64,000 nucleotides of DNA from an uncultured Candidatus Saccharibacteria bacterium (GCA_964617735.1 CAZTXT010000001.1:203589-267588); one strand, 5' to 3'. Counted from the stretch's first letter, positions 47,524 through 57,577 are shown. Translations and numbers: made by a program. The notes: a model not told the origin generated them from the letters alone.

Positions 47524-48732
47524 ATGTTATTCAAATACGAAGCGCTCGATAAAAACGGAGACAAGCAGCAAGGGACGATCGATGCGTTCAGCACTGAAGC
47601 CGCCATCAATTCCATTCAGCGCCGCGGTCTCGTTATCACGTCCATAAAGAGCGCGGAGGAGAAGTCGCTGCTTAATTTCGAGATCTCGTTCCTCAGCCGC
47701 GTCTCGAACAAAGACATCGTCATCCTCTCGCGGCAAATGGCGACTCTCTTCAATGCGCAAGTCTCGGCCTTGCGCGTTTTCACCCTGCTTGCGTCGGAGA
47801 ATTCCAACAAACAGCTTTCAAAGCACATGACGCAGATCGCCGACGATCTGCAGTCGGGCAGTTCCATCTCAAAAGCGCTCTCAAGGCATCCGCGAGTGTT
47901 CTCCGACTTTTACGTTAACATGGTTCGCGCAGGCGAAGAATCCGGAAAGCTCGACCAGACGTTTAACTATCTCGCCGACTACCTCGACCGCTCCTACGAA
48001 GTCACGGGCAAGGTCAAAAATGCTCTGGTTTACCCCTCATTCGTCGTCGTTGTTTTTATCGCGGTCATGACCTTCATGCTCACCAATATCATTCCTAAAA
48101 TAAGCGAGATCATCGAGGGGGCAGGGCAGCAAATCCCTATCTACACAAAGATCGTCATAGGCGCAAGCAATCTCCTCACGCACTACGGTTTTATCCTCCT
48201 GATAGTTCTGGCTATAGCGGGAGTAGCGCTGTTCCGCTACAACAAGACGGCACAGGGCAAGGCTCAATTCTCCCGGTTGCGTCTCTCCGTCCCCTATCTG
48301 GGCAATCTCTACAAAAAGCTCTACCTCTCCCGTATCGCGGACAACATGAATACCATGCTCTCCAGCGCAATACCGATCGTCAAGACGCTCGATATCACGG
48401 CGACAGTTGTGGAAGATGCGACGTATGAACGAATTCTTAAAGAAGTGTCAGACTCGGTGCGGACGGGGAGCACGGTCTCGCTTGCCTTCTCCCAATACAA
48501 AGAGATTCCGACAATCCTTGTTCAGATGATCAAAGTTGGCGAAGAAACGGGAGAGCTCGGTACCATATTGAGCACCCTGGCGAAATTTTACGCCCGAGAA
48601 GTCACGAATGCCGTTGATGCCCTGATCGGGCTTATCGAGCCGGCGATGATCATCCTCCTTGCCTTCGGGGTCGGCATCCTCCTTATGTCTGTTCTGGTGC
48701 CGATCTATAATTTATCTTCGAGCATCTCCTAA
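47524..48732 (+). CDS. pilC: type IV pilus platform protein PilC (GspF family)
   Basis: two T2SSF repeats, 3 TM helices, 402 aa. Confidence 0.9.
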   Translation: MLFKYEALDKNGDKQQGTIDAFSTEAAINSIQRRGLVITSIKSAEEKSLLNFEISFLSRVSNKDIVILSRQMATLFNAQVSALRVFTLLASENSNKQLSKHMTQIADDLQSGSSISKALSRHPRVFSDFYVNMVRAGEESGKLDQTFNYLADYLDRSYEVTGKVKNALVYPSFVVVVFIAVMTFMLTNIIPKISEIIEGAGQQIPIYTKIVIGASNLLTHYGFILLIVLAIAGVALFRYNKTAQGKAQFSRLRLSVPYLGNLYKKLYLSRIADNMNTMLSSAIPIVKTLDITATVVEDATYERILKEVSDSVRTGSTVSLAFSQYKEIPTILVQMIKVGEETGELGTILSTLAKFYAREVTNAVDALIGLIEPAMIILLAFGVGILLMSVLVPIYNLSSSIS

Positions 48733-48751
48733 ATTAACTTCTCCCGACAGC

Positions 48752-49867
48752 TTAATGATAGAGAAACTGGGCGTTGATCATTAGGTCTTGCAGGGTTATC
48801 AGGACTGGTTGCGCTGCCAAGGCAGCAATTAAACAAACTGTAAACAGGAGGCGCAATCCTTTTGTGGATATTCCATTGAATTCTGAAATGATGTGTGGAA
48901 TGACCGAGAGAATAAAGAGCGGAAGTAATGTCTCCCAGATGAAAATTACCGGCATAAAATAGCGGGCAGCTTGATAATGAGATGTGAGGAAGGTCACATA
49001 CAGAAAAAAGCTCATTATTAAGATCGTTCTGTAAAAGCTTATTGGAAGGGGAAATAAGTCTCTTTTTTTGTAAAACAAGAGAATCGAAACTGTGATACTT
49101 ATAATCGTGAGTAGTGAGATGGTAGTAAGTAAGTCCAGCGGTATATGTTGAGGCGCGAATTCTGCATAATGATAGAATATCTTTCCGATAATATCTTTGA
49201 TGTGCTGAACTGGCATGTACCACATATACGGATCCACAATAATAAATGTCATAATTGAAGTGAGAGTGGCTGTTATTACATTTTTCAGTCCGATTTTTTT
49301 CACCGTAGGAATAAGAAAGAAAAGAAAGGAAATTCCGCCTATGTCGGCTCTAGTGGCGATGGCTAATCCAGCCACAAATCCCCACAAGGCCCCCTGTTTC
49401 CAGGAGGTTTTCTGGACTTTACAGATATACAAGGTGAAGAGGCATAGCAGTACGATTAAAAGCGACGCAACGGCCGATGGCGGTGTGGAGTATCCATACA
49501 GATAGCTTGACGACAAGGGTATTAGGACCGCAAGCCACCACAAAGTGTTTTTGCTTAAAAGAAAACAGAGCCCGCAAATAACTGCAATTGTCAATCCGTT
49601 AAATAATGATAAAAAGACTATCAATGAGTCATCATATGATAGATGTAAAGTCCAATGGGTCGCTATTGTCCCGATAATAATCGGTGCTCCTGGATGACCA
49701 TATGCCCACGCGGTGATGAATTGTTTAGGGTTATTCTCGACAACATATTGAGCTTGCGATGACCACATGGTTACATCAATTGCGTCAAAGAAATACCACT
49801 GCAGGCCATGGAGCAGAGATGCTACAAGGAAAGTACCGAGAATGATGTATCTTTGCGCGTGGTTCAT
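48752..49867 (-). CDS. AT-rich polytopic membrane protein, possible GT-C-fold glycosyltransferase or ligase
   Basis: >=10 TM helices, aromatic-rich loops; low GC. Confidence 0.5.
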   Translation of the reverse strand: MNHAQRYIILGTFLVASLLHGLQWYFFDAIDVTMWSSQAQYVVENNPKQFITAWAYGHPGAPIIIGTIATHWTLHLSYDDSLIVFLSLFNGLTIAVICGLCFLLSKNTLWWLAVLIPLSSSYLYGYSTPPSAVASLLIVLLCLFTLYICKVQKTSWKQGALWGFVAGLAIATRADIGGISFLFFLIPTVKKIGLKNVITATLTSIMTFIIVDPYMWYMPVQHIKDIIGKIFYHYAEFAPQHIPLDLLTTISLLTIISITVSILLFYKKRDLFPLPISFYRTILIMSFFLYVTFLTSHYQAARYFMPVIFIWETLLPLFILSVIPHIISEFNGISTKGLRLLFTVCLIAALAAQPVLITLQDLMINAQFLYH

Positions 49868-49970
49868 GGTTTTATTTCTGCGTATTATAGCAAGATACTG
49901 AGGATCTAACAGTGCACTTGAGATTCAAACATCTGTGAAAATTTGCTAGTATTTTCTAGCATATACGAAT

Positions 49971-51665
49971 ATGTATTTCTTCGGAAAGAAAGTATCGGAT
50001 CAATATACCAATGCAGTGATTTTCTTACGCCAACGTCCGGTGTTTACCACGTTTCTTGTGTTCGTTTTTTTCTTTTCTATTTTTTTCGCTGTATATTTCT
50101 CGGTAGGGAAACTTGCGGGAAATGACGACCATTTTTTTCATTTTCGATTCGCGCAAGAGATGCTCAATAAAGGATTTTTCCAATCATTCTCGGATTTCAA
50201 GTCGATCTATTTTTCGAAGATGGCCCAGGGGAATGAATACTTTATGTATTATAATTTCCTCTTTTATCTTTTAGTCATACCGTTCACGTTTATTACGCCT
50301 CTGTTCTTGGGCATTAAATTATATGCAGTTTTCGCCGCGGGGGCCGCGTTCACACTTTTGTATTGGTGCCTGAAGCAGTTTTCCGTAAAGAATCCGTTTA
50401 TCTGGACACTCATTCTGTTCTCAGTCACAAATGCCGGTTTCGTAAAGCGATTCCTGCTTTCTCGCCCTTATACACTAGCACCCGCGTTATTGTTGCTGTT
50501 ACTCTATTTTCTCTACAAAAGAAACCGTATCGGAGTATTCCTAATTAGTTTTGCGTATTTGTTTTGGCACAGTTCGACATTCTTTTTGCCGGTTTGCGTT
50601 ACCTTATGCTTTTACCTTGCGGAGAGATTTCATCGATCCATAGGAGATCGGAAGACCCTTTTGGCCAGCATTTATGGCACCCTTGCCGCTGTAGCCGCAA
50701 CGTTTCTGGTTTCGTCCGGATTTCTTCTCTTTCTCAAAGATACCCTTTTCGGCATTTACTGGGATACTATCCTTGGAAAGAATGTACCGATTGCGGAAGG
50801 TGCTGAACTTTACCCGATCAACGTTTTTTTGTTTGCGAGGATAGATACATTCATGTTCTCGGGATTTATACTAGCAGTGGTCCTTGACGTGTACGGCTAT
50901 ATTGCCCAATTAAGATTTATAACAAAATCAATATGGTCTGATATTTCTGAACAAAGGCGGCATCTACAGACCTGCATATTTTTAGTGACCATTTCCTTTG
51001 CGCTGGGTTCTATCGTTGTGAGCGCTCGCTTTGTGGATTTTTTCACGTTCTTTGCAGCTCTCTATGTGGCGCTCACACTCGACAAGATGCGTTCCTATGT
51101 CGTTCTTTCAAACGAAGTCGTCCGTAAAGCTGTAGCAATGAGTATCTTCGTAGTGGTCGGTTATTTGTTTTTGAGCAACTTGCTCACCCTCCAGGAATCT
51201 ATCGCATATAATGTGACCGATTTTTCTTCTATCGGTGGTTGGCTTGAGATGCATTCCAAACCCGGAGATATCGTGGTACTTGAAGACTGGAGTTGGTTTC
51301 CCCAATTGTATTACTATAGTCCCAAAAATTATTACAGTTCAGGCCTCGAACCGCGCTTCATGTATACCTACAATCCCGGACTATACTGGGAGTCCGTGCA
51401 TTTAAAGGATGGATATCTATGCAGGGAAGCACGATGTCCAGATATTATGGAAGCGGCTCACGCTGCGCTGTGGGGTACGAATGCACACACCTATGCTTTT
51501 GTGGAAGGCGATAATATTGCTCGAGCGCTTAAAAATGATTTTCACGCCTCCTATATTGTAATTTCTGGCGAAAGCGCAATGAACTATATAGCCTCCAATA
51601 ATAGCCATTTTGTGCGCAATGCTTATGATGAAGATTCTAGAACCGTACTCTACAGTCTTAAGTAG
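49971..51665 (+). CDS. AT-rich polytopic membrane protein (564 aa) with a C-terminal soluble domain
   Basis: ~12 TM helices then a ~180-aa Tyr/Trp-rich periplasmic-type domain; low GC; divergent from the 48752 gene. Confidence 0.5.
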   Translation: MYFFGKKVSDQYTNAVIFLRQRPVFTTFLVFVFFFSIFFAVYFSVGKLAGNDDHFFHFRFAQEMLNKGFFQSFSDFKSIYFSKMAQGNEYFMYYNFLFYLLVIPFTFITPLFLGIKLYAVFAAGAAFTLLYWCLKQFSVKNPFIWTLILFSVTNAGFVKRFLLSRPYTLAPALLLLLLYFLYKRNRIGVFLISFAYLFWHSSTFFLPVCVTLCFYLAERFHRSIGDRKTLLASIYGTLAAVAATFLVSSGFLLFLKDTLFGIYWDTILGKNVPIAEGAELYPINVFLFARIDTFMFSGFILAVVLDVYGYIAQLRFITKSIWSDISEQRRHLQTCIFLVTISFALGSIVVSARFVDFFTFFAALYVALTLDKMRSYVVLSNEVVRKAVAMSIFVVVGYLFLSNLLTLQESIAYNVTDFSSIGGWLEMHSKPGDIVVLEDWSWFPQLYYYSPKNYYSSGLEPRFMYTYNPGLYWESVHLKDGYLCREARCPDIMEAAHAALWGTNAHTYAFVEGDNIARALKNDFHASYIVISGESAMNYIASNNSHFVRNAYDEDSRTVLYSLK

Positions 51666-51841
51666 TGCTCCAGTGGTTATCCACACGTCTCTTTTCACCC
51701 CCGGTTCATTTAGCCGTATAATAAGCGGGTACTTAAACAGTATCTGCCTTCGCAGCAGCGTGGGCGGCCATTAATATAAGGTCGGCATCTGGCCTTTAAC
51801 GGGGAGCGGATGCACAATTTATCAATAGTTACAAGCAAACA

Positions 51842-52273
51842 ATGTCAAAAAAGTTACACTCGAAAGGTTTTACGCTCATCGAGCTTTTGGTAGTTATCGC
51901 GATCATCGGTATCTTGGCATCCATCGTCCTCGCGAGTCTCAACACGGCGCGCGGCAAAGCAGCCGACGCTGCTATTAAGGGAGATTTGGCCCAAATTCGG
52001 TCCCAGGCGGCCATCTTTCAAGATCAAAACACTAACAATACTTTCACTGGTCTATGCACGAACGCCCAGTTAGTGACGATACTCACCCATGCAAACACTC
52101 AGAGTTCAGATTCCGCAAATGCAGTATGTAACGTAACCCCGACTACCGGTGCTAATTACGCTGTTTCAGTCCCACTCAAGACATCATCAACCGCCCACTG
52201 GTGTGTTGATTCCAATGGTATTTCCATTTCGAGATCAACAAAGCTTGGAGCAGGTGAGTACGTCTGCCAATAA
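51842..52273 (+). CDS. pilA: type IV major pilin (PilA-like) with C-terminal disulfide loop
   Basis: MSKKLHSKGFTLIELLVVIAIIGILASIVLASL; C-terminal C...C pair. Confidence 0.8.
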   Translation: MSKKLHSKGFTLIELLVVIAIIGILASIVLASLNTARGKAADAAIKGDLAQIRSQAAIFQDQNTNNTFTGLCTNAQLVTILTHANTQSSDSANAVCNVTPTTGANYAVSVPLKTSSTAHWCVDSNGISISRSTKLGAGEYVCQ

Positions 52274-52378
52274 TCAGGTTTTGTAAGGTGACAACAACAT
52301 GGAAAGGCTGTGCCTTTCCATGTTGTGTTATGTGCATAACTTATCAAGAACAGCGCTGTAAGCATGCTAAGATAACAT

Positions 52379-53866
52379 TTGCCCATGACCTCTCGCTTCT
52401 TCAAGATTCTTTTGATGTCAGTAGGGGCAGTGATTTTAAGTCTGCCGACTGCTACGTTCGCGCTCTCATGCACTGGTAGTCCTTGGGTATGCCATGAGGC
52501 TCTCGATATAACTTGTTCTGCGTCGCCAAACCCGGTTAAAGCTAACCAAACGACCACTTTAACTTCCCAAGTAACCGGAGGTGCAGCTGGAAGTGCTCCG
52601 TACACATACGTTTGGATGGATGGTTCTGGAAACACGATTAGCTCTGGTCAGACCATTACTGAAAGTTACGATACGCAAGGTGCTGTCACCCGTATTGTAA
52701 AAGCGACCGGACAACCAGTAGGCGGATATCAGTCATATGGACAGTGCAGCGTAACGGTAACCGTCTCTGGCCTCTTAAATGGTGATTCATGTACGCTAGA
52801 TTCGCAATGCTCTAGCGGTTATTGTGATTTAAGCAACGGTGATCCGGGTATCTGCGCGACGCCCACACCCTTCCGTGCGACCTGTTCGGTCTCTCCTGCA
52901 ACCACCACGGTGGATCCCACGACGGGAGAGGCGGATGTTATCTACAGCGCCTCGCCGACCGGAGGCACCGGCAACTACACCTACGTATGGAGCGGATCGG
53001 TTTGTCCGGGGACCAACTCGGCAACCGGCGACGAGTCCATCTCGGGGTCGGAGACGACCATTGACGCCTCGTACCGCTATGCCGGCTGCAAGCGCGGCGT
53101 TGCGCGGATTTCTTCCGGCAATCAGACCATTACCTGCCAAGCGCAGGTTACGGTAACACCGCCGCCCAAGCCCGCGATCACACTTACCGCAAGTCCCAAT
53201 CCGGTCCAAAATTCAGGCGATACCGCGACGATAAGCTGGTCGGTTACGGGCGCGACAAGCTGTACGGCAAGCGGCGCATGGGGAAACTGGAGCGAAAATA
53301 TATCCGGTACTGGCTCTGATTCCGAGGAAACCGATCCGGTGGTAAGCGGTACACCCCAGCGCTACACCCTTACCTGCACGGGTCCTGGCGGGCAGAGCTC
53401 GGCTTCGGTTATCGTAAGCGTCAGGCCGCCGCCTTCGTGCACCTATACCTATAGCGATTGGGAGCCGGCGAGTTGCACGTTCGGCTCTTCTCAAACTAGA
53501 ACCTATACTTCCAGTCCCGACGGTTGCACCGGAACACCGGGACCGACGACGCGCTCGTGCACAGCCGGACCGCCAAGCGGCGAACCGCCCGATCTCTCCG
53601 GCGGGCTCAAGGATCCCTTGGGCAATATAACGCTCTTGGGATTTCTGGAGAAGACGCTGCGCGCCTTCATTAATCTTCTCATTCCCATCATTGTCCTCTT
53701 CTTCCTCATCACCGGTCTTATGTTCATCTTGGCCCGCGGTAATCCGGCAAAGCTTGCGACCGCAAAGACCGCATTCCTCTATACGACGATCGGAGCAGGA
53801 GTTGTCTTGGGAGCGTGGGCGCTCGCACAGCTCGTTAGCAATACTATCAATGCGATTCAGGGATAG
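52379..53866 (+). CDS. secreted Cys-rich repeat protein ending in a VirB2/TrbC-like two-helix pilin domain
   Basis: signal peptide; repeats with (P/N)YTYVW and ...YTLTCTGPGGQSSASV; C-terminus LLIPIIVLFFLITGLMFILARGNPAKLATAKTAFLYTTIGAGVVLGAWALA resembles TrbC/VirB2 pilins. Confidence 0.55.
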   Translation: MPMTSRFFKILLMSVGAVILSLPTATFALSCTGSPWVCHEALDITCSASPNPVKANQTTTLTSQVTGGAAGSAPYTYVWMDGSGNTISSGQTITESYDTQGAVTRIVKATGQPVGGYQSYGQCSVTVTVSGLLNGDSCTLDSQCSSGYCDLSNGDPGICATPTPFRATCSVSPATTTVDPTTGEADVIYSASPTGGTGNYTYVWSGSVCPGTNSATGDESISGSETTIDASYRYAGCKRGVARISSGNQTITCQAQVTVTPPPKPAITLTASPNPVQNSGDTATISWSVTGATSCTASGAWGNWSENISGTGSDSEETDPVVSGTPQRYTLTCTGPGGQSSASVIVSVRPPPSCTYTYSDWEPASCTFGSSQTRTYTSSPDGCTGTPGPTTRSCTAGPPSGEPPDLSGGLKDPLGNITLLGFLEKTLRAFINLLIPIIVLFFLITGLMFILARGNPAKLATAKTAFLYTTIGAGVVLGAWALAQLVSNTINAIQG

Positions 53867-54278
53867 CACATTCACGAGAGGAAAGCAGTGGCACGCTCTC
53901 GTTGCACTCGTGCTCGTGTTTCTCATCCTCTGCGCGCCACTGCTTTCGTCGGCGCAGACGACGGGAGGAGTTACATTCAAAAGTCTTGTCGGCAAGTTAC
54001 TGGCGTATGGGAAACCCATCACGGGTCTTTTAGTGAACCTTGCGGTTTTCCTCCTCGCATTCGGTATCTTTCGCTATATAAACGCCGGTGCTGACGTCAA
54101 ACGTAGGCAGGAGGGAGCGAAGCTCTTGCTGTGGGGGCTTATTTCCGTCGTGGTGATGCTCTCGATGTGGGGCATCATCAATATCGTGCTCAACACGTTC
54201 TTCAGCAGCGACAGCACGAGCCACTTTGAACTCTCCAATGATCTCTGGAACGGGAGCTCTTCCGATACCAATCCGTAG
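53850..54278 (+). CDS. VirB2/TrbC-like pilin family protein (142 aa)
   Basis: signal/TM1 then LLVNLAVFLLAFGIFRYINAGADVKRRQEGAKLLLWGLISVVVMLSMWGIINIV (two-helix hairpin with A/G-x-D/NP...AK loop); start at internal ATG 53850. Confidence 0.5.
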   Translation: MRFRDSTFTRGKQWHALVALVLVFLILCAPLLSSAQTTGGVTFKSLVGKLLAYGKPITGLLVNLAVFLLAFGIFRYINAGADVKRRQEGAKLLLWGLISVVVMLSMWGIINIVLNTFFSSDSTSHFELSNDLWNGSSSDTNP

Positions 54279-54334
54279 CGCGCTTGCGCACTGCGGCTTC
54301 TGATTTTGGCCCCGTTGCCTGCTATACTATAGCC

Positions 54335-55132
54335 ATGGTCTGGGTATTTTTCTTTTATGTACTGCTCTTGGGTTCCGCGATCGGGAGCTTTCTCAATGTG
54401 GTGGTGTTGAGGTTCAATACCGGACGCACCCTCGCGGGCCGCTCCGCTTGTCTTACCTGCGCCGCGAAGCTCTCATGGTATGACCTGGTGCCGGTGTTCA
54501 GTTTCTTTGTGTTGCGCGGGCGCTGCCGTTCCTGCCGCAGCAAGATCTCCTGGCAGTATCCTCTCGTCGAGCTTGCTGCCGCGCTGATCTATTTTTCCAT
54601 CGCGTGGCAGTTTTTGCATTCGGGAATGGGTACCGACGATATCCTCTTGCTTTTGTTCAGCATCGTTTCATGGCCGTTGCTTTTGGCAATCCTGGTGTAT
54701 GATGCGCGGCACAAAGTGATCCCCGACCCCTTTGTGTACGGGTTCACCGCGCTCACTCTTTTATTCCGAGTGTTGCTAGGTTTTTTGCACGGCTTCGATT
54801 CCTATTTCCTGGCTGATCTTTTGGCGGGCCCGCTTTTGTTCATTCCGTTCTATCTTCTGTGGAGGTTATCGGGCGGTAGATGGATGGGATTGGGAGATGG
54901 AAAGCTTGCGCTGGGTCTGGGTTTTGCTGGAGGGCTTGGCGGTGGGATCTCCGCTATCGTGCTGGGGTTTTGGTTCGGGGCGGCGGTCGGGCTTGTGCTC
55001 ATTGCCGCTTCGAGATTTCGCGGATCGAGCGGGCTTTCGATGAAAAGCGAGCTTCCTTTCGGACCATTCCTCATTGCGGGTCTCTTTGCCGTGCAGTTTT
55101 TTGGTTTCTCGCTTTTTAATATCGGATTCTAA
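54335..55132 (+). CDS. pilD: prepilin peptidase PilD (A24 family) with N-terminal CxxC...CxxC
   Basis: CLTCAAKLSWYDLVPVFSF...CRSCRSKISWQYPLVE; catalytic Asp-containing TM region. Confidence 0.85.
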   Translation: MVWVFFFYVLLLGSAIGSFLNVVVLRFNTGRTLAGRSACLTCAAKLSWYDLVPVFSFFVLRGRCRSCRSKISWQYPLVELAAALIYFSIAWQFLHSGMGTDDILLLLFSIVSWPLLLAILVYDARHKVIPDPFVYGFTALTLLFRVLLGFLHGFDSYFLADLLAGPLLFIPFYLLWRLSGGRWMGLGDGKLALGLGFAGGLGGGISAIVLGFWFGAAVGLVLIAASRFRGSSGLSMKSELPFGPFLIAGLFAVQFFGFSLFNIGF

Positions 55133-55133
55133 C

Positions 55134-55763
55134 ATGCTATCGCTCCGCCGCTTTCTGTATAGCAAACGCACCCGAGGCTTTACCCTCATCGAATTGCTCG
55201 TTTCGCTTTCCATCATGATAATCATCACCGGCATCGCACGGTTCGGGAAAAGCCGCTACGAGCGTTCGATCTTACTGACGAACCTCGCGTACGACGTCGC
55301 GCTCTCGATACGGGAAGCGCAGGTATACGGCATCAATGTGCGCTCCGCCGGCGGTAACGCGCCCTTTGACGCAGGGTATGGGATACATTTCTCCACCGCG
55401 TCGCCGGGGGATACGTTCTCCTTGTTCGCCGATACCAACAACGATCATTTTTACAGCGTTTTGGAAAAAGTCCGGGACTATAAGATAAAGAACAACAATA
55501 AAATCTCCCGATTATGCACGGTTTCCATCAATCAGAGCGCCTGTGTCGATATCCCGTCGGGTTCCCTCGATATCACCTTCCGGCGCCCCGACCCCAATGC
55601 CTGTTTCAACGGCACGGGCAGTGCTGTCGCTAATGCGATCCCGACGAGCGATTGCATCAATGCGACCGGAAAATCGCAAGCGCAGATCACTGTCAGCGCC
55701 GACGATGGAAGCACCCGCATCATCTATGTTTTCTCGACCGGTCAGATATCATTGTCGCCATGA
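55134..55763 (+). CDS. minor pilin / pseudopilin
   Basis: KRTRGFTLIELLVSLSIMIIITGIA prepilin N-terminus; start at internal ATG 55134. Confidence 0.7.
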   Translation: MLSLRRFLYSKRTRGFTLIELLVSLSIMIIITGIARFGKSRYERSILLTNLAYDVALSIREAQVYGINVRSAGGNAPFDAGYGIHFSTASPGDTFSLFADTNNDHFYSVLEKVRDYKIKNNNKISRLCTVSINQSACVDIPSGSLDITFRRPDPNACFNGTGSAVANAIPTSDCINATGKSQAQITVSADDGSTRIIYVFSTGQISLSP

Positions 55764-56398
55764 TGAATAAGTCCTTCAAGAAATCTTTCTCGGTCGGGTT
55801 CTCGACGGTCGAACTGCTGGTTTCAGTCGCGCTCTTCTCCTTGGTTGTGCTCATCTCCATCGCTTCGATGCTCGTGCTGATGGATGCCAATCAGAAAGCG
55901 CGCTCGGTGAAGACTGCGGTAGATAACCTCAACTTCGTCGTTGACGATATCTCGCGGAATTTGCGGCTCGGAAGCAAATTCTATTGCCTGACCTCGGTGC
56001 CCACAGCGCCGATCACGATCGGGGGCAATACCCAAGATTGTCTCTATAACCCGAGCCAGTCGTTCTCGGGCGGCGGTGTCTATGTAGCTTTGCGGGACCG
56101 CAGCGGCAAGGCTCTGATATACCGGTTCAACGGGACTCGCATCCAAGAGAAACTTACCGGAAGCGCCTGGTCGGGCTACACGGATTCGGATCCGACCAAC
56201 GGCTTCCTCGATATGACCTCGGCTAGCGTCACGATAACGTACATGCGCTTTTTCGTCTTCAACACCGCGGCGAATTCGGGAGCCCAGCCATACGTCATCA
56301 TCGCGATAAAGGGGCGCGCCGGACAGAAAGCCTCCACACAGACTTCCTTTTCGATCATGACCTCAATTTCCCAACGTATTCCCCATAACGCTGAATAA
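55760..56398 (+). CDS. minor pilin / pseudopilin
   Basis: MMNKSFKKSFSVGFSTVELLVSVALFSLVVL; start overlaps the previous stop (ATGA). Confidence 0.7.
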   Translation: MMNKSFKKSFSVGFSTVELLVSVALFSLVVLISIASMLVLMDANQKARSVKTAVDNLNFVVDDISRNLRLGSKFYCLTSVPTAPITIGGNTQDCLYNPSQSFSGGGVYVALRDRSGKALIYRFNGTRIQEKLTGSAWSGYTDSDPTNGFLDMTSASVTITYMRFFVFNTAANSGAQPYVIIAIKGRAGQKASTQTSFSIMTSISQRIPHNAE

Positions 56399-56406
56399 AA
56401 AACGCG

Positions 56407-57030
56407 ATGTATGCAATGAGTAAGAAAAAACAACGGACAGTGTTGAAGGCGACGAGAAAAAGTTTTACGCTCGTCGAGACGATGCTTGCGGTGACGATAC
56501 TCTCGATGGCTATCATCGCACCGCTCTCCATAGCGTCGAATTCTCTTACTGCCGCGACGACTGGAAAAGATCGGCTCGTCGCGATCGCGCTTGCTCGGGA
56601 TGCCATCGAGTATGTGAGAAACCTCCGTGATACGAACCGCCTCAACGGAGTGTCGTGGCTTAATGGGCTCGATAACAACAACTGTATCAACGGCAGCAAT
56701 CTAAGCGCATGCAATCTATGCTTCACGGCCAATGGTTGCGAGGTTGATTCGCTGCAAGGAGATGGCGCATCGAACCTGCATGGGCGCGGTGTTGGAGGAT
56801 TGCTCAAAAGTCAGTGTACCTCCCCGAGCTGTACCGATACGTATGGTCTCTACGCGTACTTTCCGAGCACCTATCTGGACAGCAAGTTTACGCGCTGGGT
56901 TGTCATTCAATGGGTCAACGATGCGGCACGTGTAGCCAATCGCGAAGTGCGGGTTACCGCGACGGTGACCTGGAAGACGATCTTTAGCACGAAAAAGGTC
57001 GAGATAGTGGAGCAGCTCACGAACTGGTAA
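56407..57030 (+). CDS. minor pilin / pseudopilin
   Basis: RKSFTLVETMLAVTILSMAIIAPL. Confidence 0.7.
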   Translation: MYAMSKKKQRTVLKATRKSFTLVETMLAVTILSMAIIAPLSIASNSLTAATTGKDRLVAIALARDAIEYVRNLRDTNRLNGVSWLNGLDNNNCINGSNLSACNLCFTANGCEVDSLQGDGASNLHGRGVGGLLKSQCTSPSCTDTYGLYAYFPSTYLDSKFTRWVVIQWVNDAARVANREVRVTATVTWKTIFSTKKVEIVEQLTNW

Positions 57031-57031
57031 C

Positions 57032-57577
57032 ATGACGCACTACTCTCTTCGCCGACATCGTCTCACTCCTGAAGTCTCAAGGCACAGGGGCTTCACCCTC
57101 TACTACGCCGTGCTCTTCGGGAGCATCATTTTGGCGATCGGGGCGTCCATGCTCAATCTCTCGCTCAAGGAATTCCTGTTGAGCTCGTCGCTCAAGGAAT
57201 CCGAGTACGCTTTCTTTGCGGCGGATTCAGGAACGGAATGTGTGCTCTATTGGGATTTGCACGGCATTCCGGTTACGTTTCCACGTACTGCAGTGGACGG
57301 AAATGCCAATCTCTCGCAGATCCAGTGCAACGGCGCTTCGATAAGCCCGGCACCGGTCGTCTCGAGCGCTTCGGCGAATTATGCTACGACTACCTTTTCC
57401 TATAACATCTCTGACAGTTCTGGCACTCCGAAGTACGGAGTAGTGCTCGAGGTTGGCAAGCAGGTCAGCTCGATCGACGGAAGCATCACGACCACGATCA
57501 TCTCCCGAGGCTACAATGTACTGTACAACTCAACGAGCAATCGCAAGATCGAGCGTGCTATTGTTACGCAATACTGA
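57032..57577 (+). CDS. pilin-like membrane-anchored protein (PilX/pseudopilin-like)
   Basis: HRGFTLYYAVLFGSIILAIGASMLNL N-terminus. Confidence 0.55.
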   Translation: MTHYSLRRHRLTPEVSRHRGFTLYYAVLFGSIILAIGASMLNLSLKEFLLSSSLKESEYAFFAADSGTECVLYWDLHGIPVTFPRTAVDGNANLSQIQCNGASISPAPVVSSASANYATTTFSYNISDSSGTPKYGVVLEVGKQVSSIDGSITTTIISRGYNVLYNSTSNRKIERAIVTQY

